Origin: Spirochaetia bacterium
Lineage (GTDB): Bacteria; Spirochaetota; Spirochaetia; SZUA-6; Bin103
Direction: 5' to 3'
Length of the DNA stretch: 64,000 nt
Assembly: GCA_965203055.1 (NCBI GenBank)
Contig: OZ241863.1
Span: forward strand, 576,001-640,000
The notes under the pieces were generated by a model. The model worked only from the letters and a program-made list of their open reading frames with translations, had not been told where the DNA came from and made no database searches. Positions 1 to 9,628 of this stretch are shown here, in pieces. The translations under genes were made by a program, and so were the position numbers. Numbering within the stretch: the stretch's first letter is position 1; each line of letters begins with the position of its first letter.

Positions 1-343
1 GCACCACGCAGTTGTCGGACTCGCCGTAGGTCGAGGTCACCCCGACCAGCTTGAGCGGCAGGCCGTTGGAGACCGCCACCACCCAGGGCACCAGCCCCTG
101 CGAGTAGGCGATGTCGACGTCGCCGGAGGCCATCGCCAGGCTCATCTCGTTGCCGTTGCCGAACGCGCGCCACTCGACCTCGACGCCGAGCGCCGCGTCA
201 TAGGTCTTCTGCGCCTGCGCGACCAGGTTGGGGGTCGGCCATTCCAGAAAGTAGGCCACCGTGACCCTGTCCTGCGCCGCCAGCGGCGCCGCCGCCAGCC
301 CAGCCAGGGCGATGGCGAGCGCCATTACTGTTATCCGATTCAC
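1..343 (-). CDS. ABC transporter substrate-binding protein, TauA/taurine-like (3' end runs off window)
   Basis: Manual translation MNRITVMALAIALAGLAAAPLAAQDRVTVAYFLEWPTPNLVAQ...F.NGNEMSLAMASGDVDIAYSQG; signal peptide; GGAGG SD before GTG at 343. Confidence 0.7.
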   Translation of the reverse strand, partial: MNRITVMALAIALAGLAAAPLAAQDRVTVAYFLEWPTPNLVAQAQKTYDAALGVEVEWRAFGNGNEMSLAMASGDVDIAYSQGLVPWVVAVSNGLPLKLVGVTSTYGESDNCVV

Positions 344-453
344 GTGAAGAGTCCTCCTGCCGGCCCGGAGAGGCCGCTCACCAAGTGTCCCGCAGCCGCC
401 CTATCCTGTCCAGCGGCGATCATCGGCGGCGGGTCAAGCCCCCTCCCTGGAGA

Positions 454-478
454 GGGCGCATTTCCAAATTGTAGGTAA
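454..478 (+). repeat. ISKra4-like terminal inverted repeat at the 3' end of the HNH element (copy 1)
   Basis: GGGCGCATTTCCAAATTGTAGGTAA, 22/25 identical to the IS left end at 47721. Confidence 0.8.
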
Positions 479-541
479 CGCAACAGGCCGCTTGGCGGCC
501 AAGCCCAAGTCCAGCGTAAGATGACGTTTCTCGGCGTTGAT

Positions 542-1315
542 TCACCGGTCTACGCCTTCGGCAGCGGGGCTGAACGGAACCGGCGCCTGACGATCCTCGC
601 CAGGGCGGCCGAATCCGGCGCCGGCGTGGCGGTAGCGGTGATGGGCGGCGCACAGCAGCCGGAGATTGTTCGGCTCGGCGGCGCCGCGGCGGCACTCATC
701 GTCGATCACCGCCTTGAGTTCCCAGCGCCCGCCGCCCAGGGGCCGCACCCGATCCGCCGGCGCCGCCAGTTCCGGGTCCACCTCGGCCAGCAACTGCATC
801 ACCTCCCGGCTGCTCTTGCCGGACGCCTGCTCCACCAGCTCCCGCCGCGCCTCCGAGTCCAGCACCGGCACCGGCTCCGGCACCGGCTTCCGCTCCGCCG
901 GCCGCGGCGGCCCCGAGCCGTTCTGCGACTGAGCGGCAGCCCCGAACCCGGCCCCGCCCGGCGTGCTACGCGCCGCCCGCTCCTTCCTGCGCTCCTGCCG
1001 GTCGAAGGCATGCTGCAACTGCGCGGCCGCGTTCAGCGTCATCGTGCCATTCTGCAGGCGCTCGCGCACGCCCTCGACGTCCGCGCAGAGGCGCATCGCC
1101 TTGATGCGCCGCCACGCTGCGGCGTCGCTGTAACCCAGCTCGCGCACCGCGTAATCGAACAGGCTCGAAAAGCCAAGGCGCAGATACAGGCGGCGCTTAT
1201 GAATCTCGCGCAGGTGGTCGATGACGACCACTTCGAGATGGTGTTCGGTGTATTCATGGAACGTGGCGCCGCTCCCGTCCCAAGCTGCCATGGCCGGCGG
1301 GCGGCGGTCCTTCAT
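542..1315 (-). pseudogene. HNH endonuclease-family gene, internally deleted (HNH core missing), chimeric 5' end
   Basis: N-terminal HLREIHKRRLYLRLGFSSLFDYAVRELGYS and C-terminal NLRLLCAAHH; alignment to the copy at 49294-50055 shows loss of the segment carrying C..C..LQIDH. Confidence 0.75.
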
Positions 1316-1371
1316 CGCCCTTGTGCAGGACCGCGATCCGTCGCGGCTCGGTGGAATCCGGTCGAGTAATC

Positions 1372-1737
1372 CTATCGTCCCGCAGCCGCCTCGACGTACT
1401 CTTTCACCAGCAAGAGATTCTCCATCGACCCTTCAAGCAGGAGCGTCATCGGGTTCTGCCCGTCTAATGCATCATGCGGCTCTCGCAGCCACTCATTCTC
1501 GACTTCTTCGTCTCGAAACAGCGCCGAAAGGGTCTTTCGGATGCGAAACAGATATGCGATCCGATCTTTGATGTCACGGCCGCGCAGCGTAACACGTCCG
1601 CTCAGCAAATCGTCCGCATAGGAACTATCGGATTCCTCCAGACCGAGCAACGGATTTGCATCTGTTTGACTGAGACGCCACGTGTGCAGAAGTATTCTCA
1701 CGAACACTATGGGACCGGTCAATCTTGGGTGTTCCAT
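1372..1737 (-). CDS. MbcA/ParS/Xre-family antitoxin
   Basis: C-terminal LF..E..EWLREPHDALDGQNPMTLL..G..ENLLLV..Y pattern. Confidence 0.8.
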   Translation of the reverse strand: MEHPRLTGPIVFVRILLHTWRLSQTDANPLLGLEESDSSYADDLLSGRVTLRGRDIKDRIAYLFRIRKTLSALFRDEEVENEWLREPHDALDGQNPMTLLLEGSMENLLLVKEYVEAAAGR

Positions 1738-1765
1738 ATCGCACTGCCCGTCCTTGGGGAACCGC

Positions 1766-2152
1766 CTACCAGATAAGTGAAACGGGATAGTGGGAGAAGG
1801 CCGAATCGTGGCTCACGATAGGGAGGTCCTCAACGAGCGCCTGGGCGATGAGCAACCGATCGAACGGGTCACGATGGTGCGTAGGCAGACCGGTAACCTC
1901 GCTGGCATGACGGTACGAGATATCCAATTGCTGAAAGCCGTACTCCGTAATCACATCTGCGAATTCCGGGTAGAGGGGACGCGAAATTACAAGCTTTCTC
2001 AGCCCTATCTTGATGGCCATCTCCCAGACGGAAGCAATGCTGTACATCGGTGTGTTGTCGTTATTCTCGATGGCTGCCTTGGCACGAGACGAAAGTTTCG
2101 CCGAGCCTTCGACGAACCATAGCAACGTACACGTATCGAGCAGAATCGTCAC
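1766..2152 (-). CDS. vapC: PIN-domain toxin, VapC family
   Basis: LLDT..LLW, S.ASVWEMAIK, HHRDPFDRLLIAQA, IVSHD motifs. Confidence 0.92.
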   Translation of the reverse strand: MTILLDTCTLLWFVEGSAKLSSRAKAAIENNDNTPMYSIASVWEMAIKIGLRKLVISRPLYPEFADVITEYGFQQLDISYRHASEVTGLPTHHRDPFDRLLIAQALVEDLPIVSHDSAFSHYPVSLIW

Positions 2153-2760
2153 TACTGATAGTCGGAGAAATCGTCCAGCGGTGCATCGAAATCCGGTGCA
2201 ATGTAGGTAAACGTGCCCTTAGCGAAACCGGCCCGGCGAGCACGGGTCGGCGCGATAGGTTGGAAATGTTTCACTCTGAGATTGCCATCCAGATGTGTGT
2301 CGCCCACGGTCGGGGCGACCGCTATCGCGGCCCTCCGCTGCTCTTCCCCGTCCAGTTCAGGTAGGTCCGAAAAGAACCGAGAAAAGTCGTCAGGGTCGAA
2401 GGGATCGACGGTCATCAGAGCTGCGAAGGAGGCCAGACTTCGGCGGCGGTCTTCAGTGTTATCAATGCGTCGAATGGCTGAACGGATAAGCCTGGAGGCC
2501 GTCAATACTTGTCGCCCTTGATCCTCGAGATTGCAGTCCTTCTCGTATTTGGATATGTCGCTTGACGGAACGTCAAACGTCCCGTGGCTCTCGACAAGAG
2601 CGGCGAGCTTGTCGACCGAACTCCTGGGGAGAGACAGGAACAGCGCGGCGTCTCTGCGAAATGAGGAATTGCCGACGACGCGGCCCAGCGCTTCGGTCAA
2701 CCGTTCAGCCATTGTTCGGTCCTCCGCCGACAACATACCATACCTGCCCGAAGCCGTCAC
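2152..2760 (-). CDS. Hypothetical protein with a VapB/DUF2281-like antitoxin C-terminal tail
   Basis: Ends RRAGFAKGTFTYIAPDFDAPLDDFSDYQ and its stop overlaps the vapC start; N-terminal part unrecognised. Confidence 0.5.
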   Translation of the reverse strand: MTASGRYGMLSAEDRTMAERLTEALGRVVGNSSFRRDAALFLSLPRSSVDKLAALVESHGTFDVPSSDISKYEKDCNLEDQGRQVLTASRLIRSAIRRIDNTEDRRRSLASFAALMTVDPFDPDDFSRFFSDLPELDGEEQRRAAIAVAPTVGDTHLDGNLRVKHFQPIAPTRARRAGFAKGTFTYIAPDFDAPLDDFSDYQ

Positions 2761-3815
2761 AGGCGGACTGCGGCGCCGGAGCGGGCGGCCTCCTGGGCGG
2801 CGAGGGCGAAGCGCAGAATCTCGCGCGCGTCGCGGCCTGACAGGCGCGGCTGCGCGCCCTGCCGGAGCGCCTCGATGCCGTGCCGCGCCGCGTGCACGAA
2901 GCTGGTCTCCCAGCCGGTCTCCAGCGCGCGGTAGTCGGTGGTCACGCCGCCGCGGTGGAGCTGCAGCGGGACTACCCGGCCCAGTTGCCCGTGGCCGCGG
3001 TTGATCCAGATCACGCCCTTGGTGCCGGTGATCTCGACGCGGTCGTCCTGGGCGTAGTGATCGGTGTCGACCGTCAGCTCCGGCGAGAACACGACCTCCA
3101 GGCTGCCGACCCGCTGGCCGGGAAAGCGGAACGACACCAGCGCCGGCGCGTCGAGGGCGTAGCCCTGCGTCTCGGTGCTGCCGATCCAGGCGTGCACCTC
3201 CTCGGCTTGGCCCATGAAGTGCCAGGCGAGGGCGAACTTGTGATGGCCGTCATCGAACACCAGCGGGCCGCCGCCGGCGCGGGCGGGGTCCAGCCGCCAG
3301 GCCAGCGCCGCGCCCGGCACCGTCCACCCCGACTCGGCGCGCCCGACGTGGCTCTTGAGCCGGATGGCGAGCGGCTCGCCGATCGCGCCCGCGTCCACCA
3401 GTTCCTTGGCGGCAGCCACCGGCGGGTAGAAGATGAAGTTCTCGTATACCCGGAACGGCACGCCGGCCTGCTCCGCGGCGTCGATCACCCGGTCGGCGTC
3501 GGCCAGCGTCAGCGCGATCGGCTTCTGCAGGAACACCGCCTTGCCGGCCGCGAACGCGGCCAGGGCGGCCTCGGCGTGCAGGTGGTGCGGCAGCAGGATT
3601 TCGACCAGATCGACCGCCTCCAGCGCCAGCAGTTCGCGGTAATCGGCGCAGATCGCCGGGCGGTCGAGCTTCCAGGCCGCGGCCCGCGCCGCGGCCAGCG
3701 CCGGGTCGCTGTCGCACAGCGCGACGATTTCGGTGCGCGGGTTGCGCAGGTACTCGAGCGCGTGCAGGTCGGAGATGCGGCCGGTGCCGATGAAGCCAAC
3801 TCGAATGGTGTCCAA
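2757..3815 (-). CDS. Gfo/Idh/MocA family oxidoreductase
   Basis: GFIGTGRI Rossmann motif, QKP, DDGHH. Confidence 0.9.
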   Translation of the reverse strand: MDTIRVGFIGTGRISDLHALEYLRNPRTEIVALCDSDPALAAARAAAWKLDRPAICADYRELLALEAVDLVEILLPHHLHAEAALAAFAAGKAVFLQKPIALTLADADRVIDAAEQAGVPFRVYENFIFYPPVAAAKELVDAGAIGEPLAIRLKSHVGRAESGWTVPGAALAWRLDPARAGGGPLVFDDGHHKFALAWHFMGQAEEVHAWIGSTETQGYALDAPALVSFRFPGQRVGSLEVVFSPELTVDTDHYAQDDRVEITGTKGVIWINRGHGQLGRVVPLQLHRGGVTTDYRALETGWETSFVHAARHGIEALRQGAQPRLSGRDAREILRFALAAQEAARSGAAVRL

Positions 3816-3926
3816 CTGCGGGCCTCCGCGGCGCAGGTCGGGCGCCGCTCGCCGGCGAGTCTATCACGGCGGGCGGCGCAGTCCCGGGCCGGACGACTGC
3901 GGGCATTGCGGGCGGGCGACTGCGCA

Positions 3927-3955
3927 TTGACAGGAACCGGCAATCCGCCCATAAC
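3927..3955 (+). promoter_or_regulatory. Putative sigma-70 promoter of the sugar ABC operon
   Basis: TTGACA-17 bp-CATAAC, followed by AGGAGG SD. Confidence 0.5.
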
Positions 3956-3976
3956 GTTGCGGCAGGAGGTAGCACG

Positions 3977-5272
3977 ATGCATTACATCGGGAAGCTGAGC
4001 CGGCCGGCGCTCACGGCGCTCGCAGCCGGACTCGCGTTGTTCCTCATCGCCGCCGCCGGATGGGCCGAGGGGATCGAGGAGTCGCAGGAGGTGACAATCA
4101 CCCACTACTTCGGCGGTGACCTCGGGCGTGAAGGCCTGGAGGAGATCTTCGGCGCCTTCAACGAGCAGACCGGGGTCACGGTGGTCGACAGTCCGATCGG
4201 TCACGAGGACTTCAAGACCGGCATCCTGGTACGCGCCGCGGGCGGCAACCTGCCCGACGTGTTCAGCTACTGGGCCGGGGCGCGCACCCAGTTCGTGGTC
4301 GACGCCGGCAACCTCGCCGCCATCGATGAGATGTGGGCCGCGCACGGCCTCGACGCGGCGGTGGCCAAGTCGGTGGCGGACGGCGCCACCATGTACAACG
4401 GCAGCCGCTACCTGGTGCCGTTCGGCTATCACTACGCCGGCATGTTCTACAACGCCAAGGTGATGGCGGAGGCCGGGATAACCGAGTTCCCCACCGACTG
4501 GGACGGGTTCCTCGCGCTGTGCGAGAACCTGAAGTCGCAGGGCATCACCCCGATCGCGCTCGGCTCCATGAATCGCTGGCCGGCGCAGTTCTGGTTCGAC
4601 TACCTGCTGCTGCGTACCGCCGGCCCCGAGTACCGCGCCAGCCTGATGGCCGGCGACGCCTCCTACACCGACGCCGAGGTGCGGCGGGTGATGCAGCTCT
4701 GGAAGGATCTCGTGGACGCCGGCTACTTCGCCGCCAACGCCAACGCCGACGACTGGACCGACGCCTCCGACAAGGTGACGCGCGGCGACGCGGCGATGAC
4801 GCTGATGGGCACCTGGATCACCGGCTATTGGAACGGCAACGGCTTGATGGCCGGCGACGACTACGACTTCTTCGAATTCCCGATGATCGACGCCGGGGTC
4901 CCGAACGCCGTGGTCGGGCCGGTGGACGGCTGGCTGATCTCCGCCAACTCCGAGAATCGCGGCAATGCCGAAGCCCTGGTGGCGTTTCTGGCCAGCGACC
5001 CCGCCTCGCAGGCGAAGTGGGCGCAGATCCAGGGCGCGCTGTCGCCCAACGTCAACGTGGACGAGAGCACCTACACCTCGGTGATGCTGCGCGCGCTGGC
5101 CGCGGTGGGCAACGCCGACACCTTCGCGTTCAACTACGACCTGGCCACCACCCCGCCGGCAGCCGAGTTCGGCCTGGACCTGTTCGCCCGGTTCATGGAC
5201 GACCCGGCCGGATATCCGGAGCACCTCGCCGACACCGAAGCGGGCGTCAGGGGCGTGTTCGACAGCCAGTAG
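3977..5272 (+). CDS. Carbohydrate ABC transporter substrate-binding protein
   Basis: Signal peptide, family-1 SBP features (LPDVF, FYN, GDAAM..MGTW). Confidence 0.9.
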   Translation: MHYIGKLSRPALTALAAGLALFLIAAAGWAEGIEESQEVTITHYFGGDLGREGLEEIFGAFNEQTGVTVVDSPIGHEDFKTGILVRAAGGNLPDVFSYWAGARTQFVVDAGNLAAIDEMWAAHGLDAAVAKSVADGATMYNGSRYLVPFGYHYAGMFYNAKVMAEAGITEFPTDWDGFLALCENLKSQGITPIALGSMNRWPAQFWFDYLLLRTAGPEYRASLMAGDASYTDAEVRRVMQLWKDLVDAGYFAANANADDWTDASDKVTRGDAAMTLMGTWITGYWNGNGLMAGDDYDFFEFPMIDAGVPNAVVGPVDGWLISANSENRGNAEALVAFLASDPASQAKWAQIQGALSPNVNVDESTYTSVMLRALAAVGNADTFAFNYDLATTPPAAEFGLDLFARFMDDPAGYPEHLADTEAGVRGVFDSQ

Positions 5273-5340
5273 GTTCACGGGGAGGGCCGGGGGCGCGTCA
5301 CCGCGCGTCGACCGCCGGTCCTCCTCCGGCTGGCCGGACG

Positions 5341-6222
5341 ATGAAACGACAGGAGATCTTCTGGCGGAGCGCGCTGCTGTTCCTGCCGGTGTCGGTGTTC
5401 GTCGTCTTCGTCGTCTGGCCGCTGCTCAACACCTTCTACTACAGCTTTACCGACTGGAACGGCTTCAACCCCGAGTTCCGCTTCGTGGGGCTGCGCAACT
5501 TCGCCGGCGTGGTGACCGACCGCCTGTTCACCAACGCCATTCTCAACACCTTGAGCTGGACGCTGCTGGCGATCGTCCTGCCCACGCTGGGCGGTTTGAC
5601 CCTGGCGTTGATGCTCGACGCGCGCGTGCCCGGCGGCAACGCGTTCAAGTCGATCTTCTATCTGCCGATCTGCCTGGCCGCGGTGGTGGTCGGGCAGATC
5701 TGGATCTGGATCTATCAACCCGATTGGGGGCTCCTCAACGCGGCCATCGCCGCCGCCTTCGGCGAACCGCCCGCCTTCGCCTGGCTGGCGGAGCCGCAGA
5801 CCGCGCTCTATTCCGTCATCGTCGCCTGGTCATGGCAACAGATGGGCCTGGCGATGGTGATCTTTCTCGCCGGCCTGACCTCGATTCCGCCCGACCTGCT
5901 GGAGGCCGCGGAGATCGAAGGGGCGAACCGCGGCCAGCGCATCCGCCGCGTGGTGCTGGGGCTGCTGCGGCCGGCGACGGTGGTGGCGGTGGCGTTGTCG
6001 GTGATCAACTCCCTGAAGGCGTTCGACATCCTGTTCATCATGACCGGCGGGGGGCCGTTCCACTCCTCCGACACGCTGGCCATGTACATGTACAGCGAGT
6101 CGTTCAAGAAGTACCGCATGGGCTACGGCAGCTCCATTTCGGTCATTCTCTTCCTCATGACGCTGAGCGTGATCGCGGTCTACTTCCGCCAGCTCAAGAA
6201 GCTGGACGAGCTGTATGACTGA
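5341..6222 (+). CDS. Sugar ABC transporter permease
   Basis: MKRQEIFW start; FVGLRNF; EAA.IEGA loop. Confidence 0.92.
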   Translation: MKRQEIFWRSALLFLPVSVFVVFVVWPLLNTFYYSFTDWNGFNPEFRFVGLRNFAGVVTDRLFTNAILNTLSWTLLAIVLPTLGGLTLALMLDARVPGGNAFKSIFYLPICLAAVVVGQIWIWIYQPDWGLLNAAIAAAFGEPPAFAWLAEPQTALYSVIVAWSWQQMGLAMVIFLAGLTSIPPDLLEAAEIEGANRGQRIRRVVLGLLRPATVVAVALSVINSLKAFDILFIMTGGGPFHSSDTLAMYMYSESFKKYRMGYGSSISVILFLMTLSVIAVYFRQLKKLDELYD

Positions 6223-7072
6223 GGTTGCCGCAGCCTCGGCGCGGCCCCGCTTGCGCGGCGGCAGCATCGCATTGTTCGCGGCGCTGGCGGCGTTGGCGGC
6301 GCTGTTTCTCACCCCTACCGCGGGCGTGGTGCTGAGCGCGTTGAAGAGCACCCGCGACATCGCGTTCGGCACCTTGTGGGCCTTTCCCCGGACGCTCGAT
6401 CTGTCCAACTTTGCGGTGGCGCTGGGCCATCCGTCGGTCGGCCGCTACTTCATCAACACCTTTCTGGTCACGGCGCCGGCCACGCTGGGGTCGATCACGC
6501 TGGGCATTCTGGGCGGCTACGTATTCGCCAAACTGCCGTTCCGCGGCAGCGAGCTGCTGTTCCTGGTGATCGTGTCGGGCATGTTCTTTCCGCCGCAGAT
6601 CGTCCTGGTTCCGCTGTTTCGCCTGTTCAACCGGCTCGGCCTGCTCGACACGCTGTGGCCGATGATCATCGTGCACATTGCGCTGGGCATCCCGATCTGC
6701 ACCCTGCTGCTGCGCAACTTCTTCGCCACCGTTCCCAACGCATTGCGCGAGGCGGCAATCGTCGAAGGCGCCGGGGAGGGGCAGGTGCTGGCCCGGGTGG
6801 CGCTGCCGCTCAGTCTGCCGGCGCTGGCGGTGCTGGCGACCCTGCAGTTCACCTGGATCTGGAACGACTTCCTGTGGCCGCTGATCTTCGTCAACAGCGA
6901 CGCCAAGCGCACCATCATGCTGGGGATCGTGTCGCTGCGCGGCCAGTACACGGTCGCGTGGGGAGTGCAGGGCGCGCTGTCGCTGCTGGCCAGCCTGCCG
7001 ACGCTGCTGGTGTTCCTCTTCTTTCAGCGCTTCTTCATCAAGGGGATGGCGATGGGGGCCATCAAGGGGTAG
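6215..7072 (+). CDS. Carbohydrate ABC transporter permease
   Basis: EAAIVEGA loop, WNDFLWPL, FFQRFFIKG. Confidence 0.92.
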   Translation: MTEVAAASARPRLRGGSIALFAALAALAALFLTPTAGVVLSALKSTRDIAFGTLWAFPRTLDLSNFAVALGHPSVGRYFINTFLVTAPATLGSITLGILGGYVFAKLPFRGSELLFLVIVSGMFFPPQIVLVPLFRLFNRLGLLDTLWPMIIVHIALGIPICTLLLRNFFATVPNALREAAIVEGAGEGQVLARVALPLSLPALAVLATLQFTWIWNDFLWPLIFVNSDAKRTIMLGIVSLRGQYTVAWGVQGALSLLASLPTLLVFLFFQRFFIKGMAMGAIKG

Positions 7073-7138
7073 CGGGGGAGCGGTTCGAGCGCCGCTGAAG
7101 TTGCCGGGCGGCGCTCGAACCGATAGGATCGGCGACAA

Positions 7139-8700
7139 ATGACCACCGTTCCCGACTACCCGCGCATTCCCTACGGCGAGGCCGACTTCATGCGCATCCG
7201 CCGTCACGGCTGGCTGTACGTCGACAAGACCCGCTTCCTGCGGCGCCTGGAGCAGGAGCGCTACGTCTTCCTGAGCCGCCCGCGCGGCTTCGGCAAGTCG
7301 CTGTGGGTGTCCCTGCTGGAGAGCTACTACGACCGCTACTGGGGCCACGAGTTCGACGCCGCGTTCGCCGGCACCGACATCGGGCGCAGCCCGACCGAAG
7401 AACGCAGCCGCTACGTCACGCTGCGCTTCGACTTCTCTTTGGTGGAGGGCAAGCTCGAAACCCCGGATCGGGAGTTCGAGAGCTACTGCCACGTCGAACT
7501 CCGGGGGACGTTGCGGCGGCATCCTGACCTGTTTCCCGCAGACGCGGCGCAACGCATCCTCGCGCCGCCGTCCATCGCCGAGAAGCTTACCGTGCTGTTC
7601 CGGTACGCCGGCGATCACGGCATCCCGCTGTACGTGCTGATCGACGAGTACGACAACTTCGCCAACGCCGCGCTGGCCTGCCGCGGCGCGGAAGCGTACA
7701 GCTCCTTCATCGACGGCGGCTTCTACCGCAACTTCTTCACTACCCTCAAGGGCGGCGCGGGCCACAGCGGCGGCGGTCTGGAGCGGCTGTTCATCACCGG
7801 CGTGTCGCCGGTCACCCTGGACGACGGCATCAGCGGCTTCAACATCGGCAGGAACATCAGCCTGCAACCGGACTTCAACGAGATGGTCGGCTTCACCGCG
7901 GCGGAAGTGCGGCATCTGGTCGAGAGGTACCGCGACCTGGGCGTCTTCAACCAGGACGCCGATACCGCGCTGGGCATCATGGGCGAGTGGTACGGCGGCT
8001 ACCGCTTCGCCGAAGAGGCCACCGCCGACCTCCACAACTCCACCATGGTGCTCCATTACCTGAAAGAATCGATTCCCAACCGGCCCGTGCCGGACGACCT
8101 GATCGACGCCAACGTGCGCATCGACTACGGCAAGCTGCGCCACCTGCTGGTGGTCGGCCGGCAGTTGAACGGCAACTTCGATCTGCTGCGGGAAGTCATC
8201 GGCGAGGAGCAGGTCGACACCCGCATCCGGCCCGGCTTCCCGCCGGAGCGGCTTGCCGAGCCGGAGAACTTTCTCTCGCTGCTGCACTTCTTCGGCCTGC
8301 TGAGCATCCGCGGCGCGCCGTACGGCATGCCTCGGCTGGCGATCCCCAACCAGACCGTGAAGCGGCTCATGTACGGCTTGCTGCGCGAGTGACCGACTAC
8401 TACGAGTTCCGCTCCGAGGCGGAGCTGGGCAAGGGGCACGCCGACGTCGCGTTGGAACCGCTGGTGGCCGCCTTCCCGCACCTGCGCTACGGGTACCTGA
8501 TCGAGCTCAAGTACCGCCGGCGGTCGGAGGCGATGGATCAAGCGGCGGTGGCGGCCGCGGCCGAGCAGGCGCACGCGCAGTTGGCGCGCTATCTGGGGGA
8601 CGAACGGCTGGCGCGGCAGTACCCGGGCGTGCGCTTCATCGGGCTGGCGCTGGTCTTCCACGGCTGGGAAATGGTCTTCTGCGACGCCGTGAACGAGTGA
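7139..8700 (+). pseudogene. AAA-ATPase-like + PD-(D/E)XK nuclease protein, broken by deletion/frameshift at ~8390
   Basis: YVDKT, RPRGFGKS, LIDEYD, FITGV in the first frame; nuclease tail SEAELGKGHADV..YLIELKY in another frame. Confidence 0.8.
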
Positions 8701-8707
8701 TCTTCTC

Positions 8708-9583
8708 GTGCGCGTGGTGCTGCAACAGGTCGATCTGGACACCTGCCTGACCGCGCTCCTGCTTGGCGCCGGCGCGGCTGCCGAGGTAACGGTGGCCCGC
8801 GACGGCGCGGCCCCGGCGGAACTGGCCGATCCGGCGGTGACGTGCATCGAGGCCGGCGGCTCGGGGCAGACGGAGCTCAACAACTTCGACCACCACGACG
8901 CCGCGGGTTCGTGGCCTCCCGCCTGCGTGCAGGCATCGCGCGCCGTCGGCGCGGCCGGCTCACCGGCGCTGGAGCGGCTCGTCGCCTACGTCGCCGAGGT
9001 GGACCTGGGCCGCGCCTCGGTCAGGGACTGGGAGATCGACGCGGACGGGAGCCTGTCGTTGGCGAGCGTCTTCTCCGGGATGCGGCTGACAGTTCGGGAC
9101 CCGCGCGAGCAGTTCTTCGCCGGCCTCGGCGTGCTGCGTACCGTACTGGAGGAGTCGATCGACCCGTTCGGTCCTATGCCGCCGCGTCCCGCATGGCAGG
9201 TCTACGCCGACGCCCACCGGCGGGAACGGGCGGCGCTCGCGGCGCTGCTGGACACCGCCGAGCGGTTCCCTACCGCCGGCGGCCGCACCGCCGGGTACCT
9301 GCGCACCGACCGCATCGGCGCGCTCCGGGCGCTCTACCGCTCCGGGTGCGACGTCGCCATCGCCTATGCGCCCGCGTTCCACCCGCCGGCCGGCGGCGCT
9401 CCGATCCGCAAGTTCACGATCGCCGGGCGCGACGGCCTGCGCGTCGACGGCTTGCTCGGCCCGCTGGCCGAGCGCGAGCCGGGCTGGGGCGGCCCCGCCC
9501 ACGGCACGATCATCGCCTCCCCGCGCCGCGGCACCGACCTCGACCCCGCCGAGATCAAACGCCTGGTGCGCGAGCACCTGTGA
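8708..9583 (+). CDS. DHH-like hypothetical protein, convergent on the end of the cas effector operon
   Basis: Motifs VDLDT, IEAGGSG..NNFDHH and C-terminal WGGP.HG.IIASPR. Confidence 0.55.
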   Translation: MRVVLQQVDLDTCLTALLLGAGAAAEVTVARDGAAPAELADPAVTCIEAGGSGQTELNNFDHHDAAGSWPPACVQASRAVGAAGSPALERLVAYVAEVDLGRASVRDWEIDADGSLSLASVFSGMRLTVRDPREQFFAGLGVLRTVLEESIDPFGPMPPRPAWQVYADAHRRERAALAALLDTAERFPTAGGRTAGYLRTDRIGALRALYRSGCDVAIAYAPAFHPPAGGAPIRKFTIAGRDGLRVDGLLGPLAEREPGWGGPAHGTIIASPRRGTDLDPAEIKRLVREHL

Positions 9584-9628
9584 GGCAGGATCGGTGTACC
9601 GCGGCGGTCAAGCGCACCGCGGGATGGT

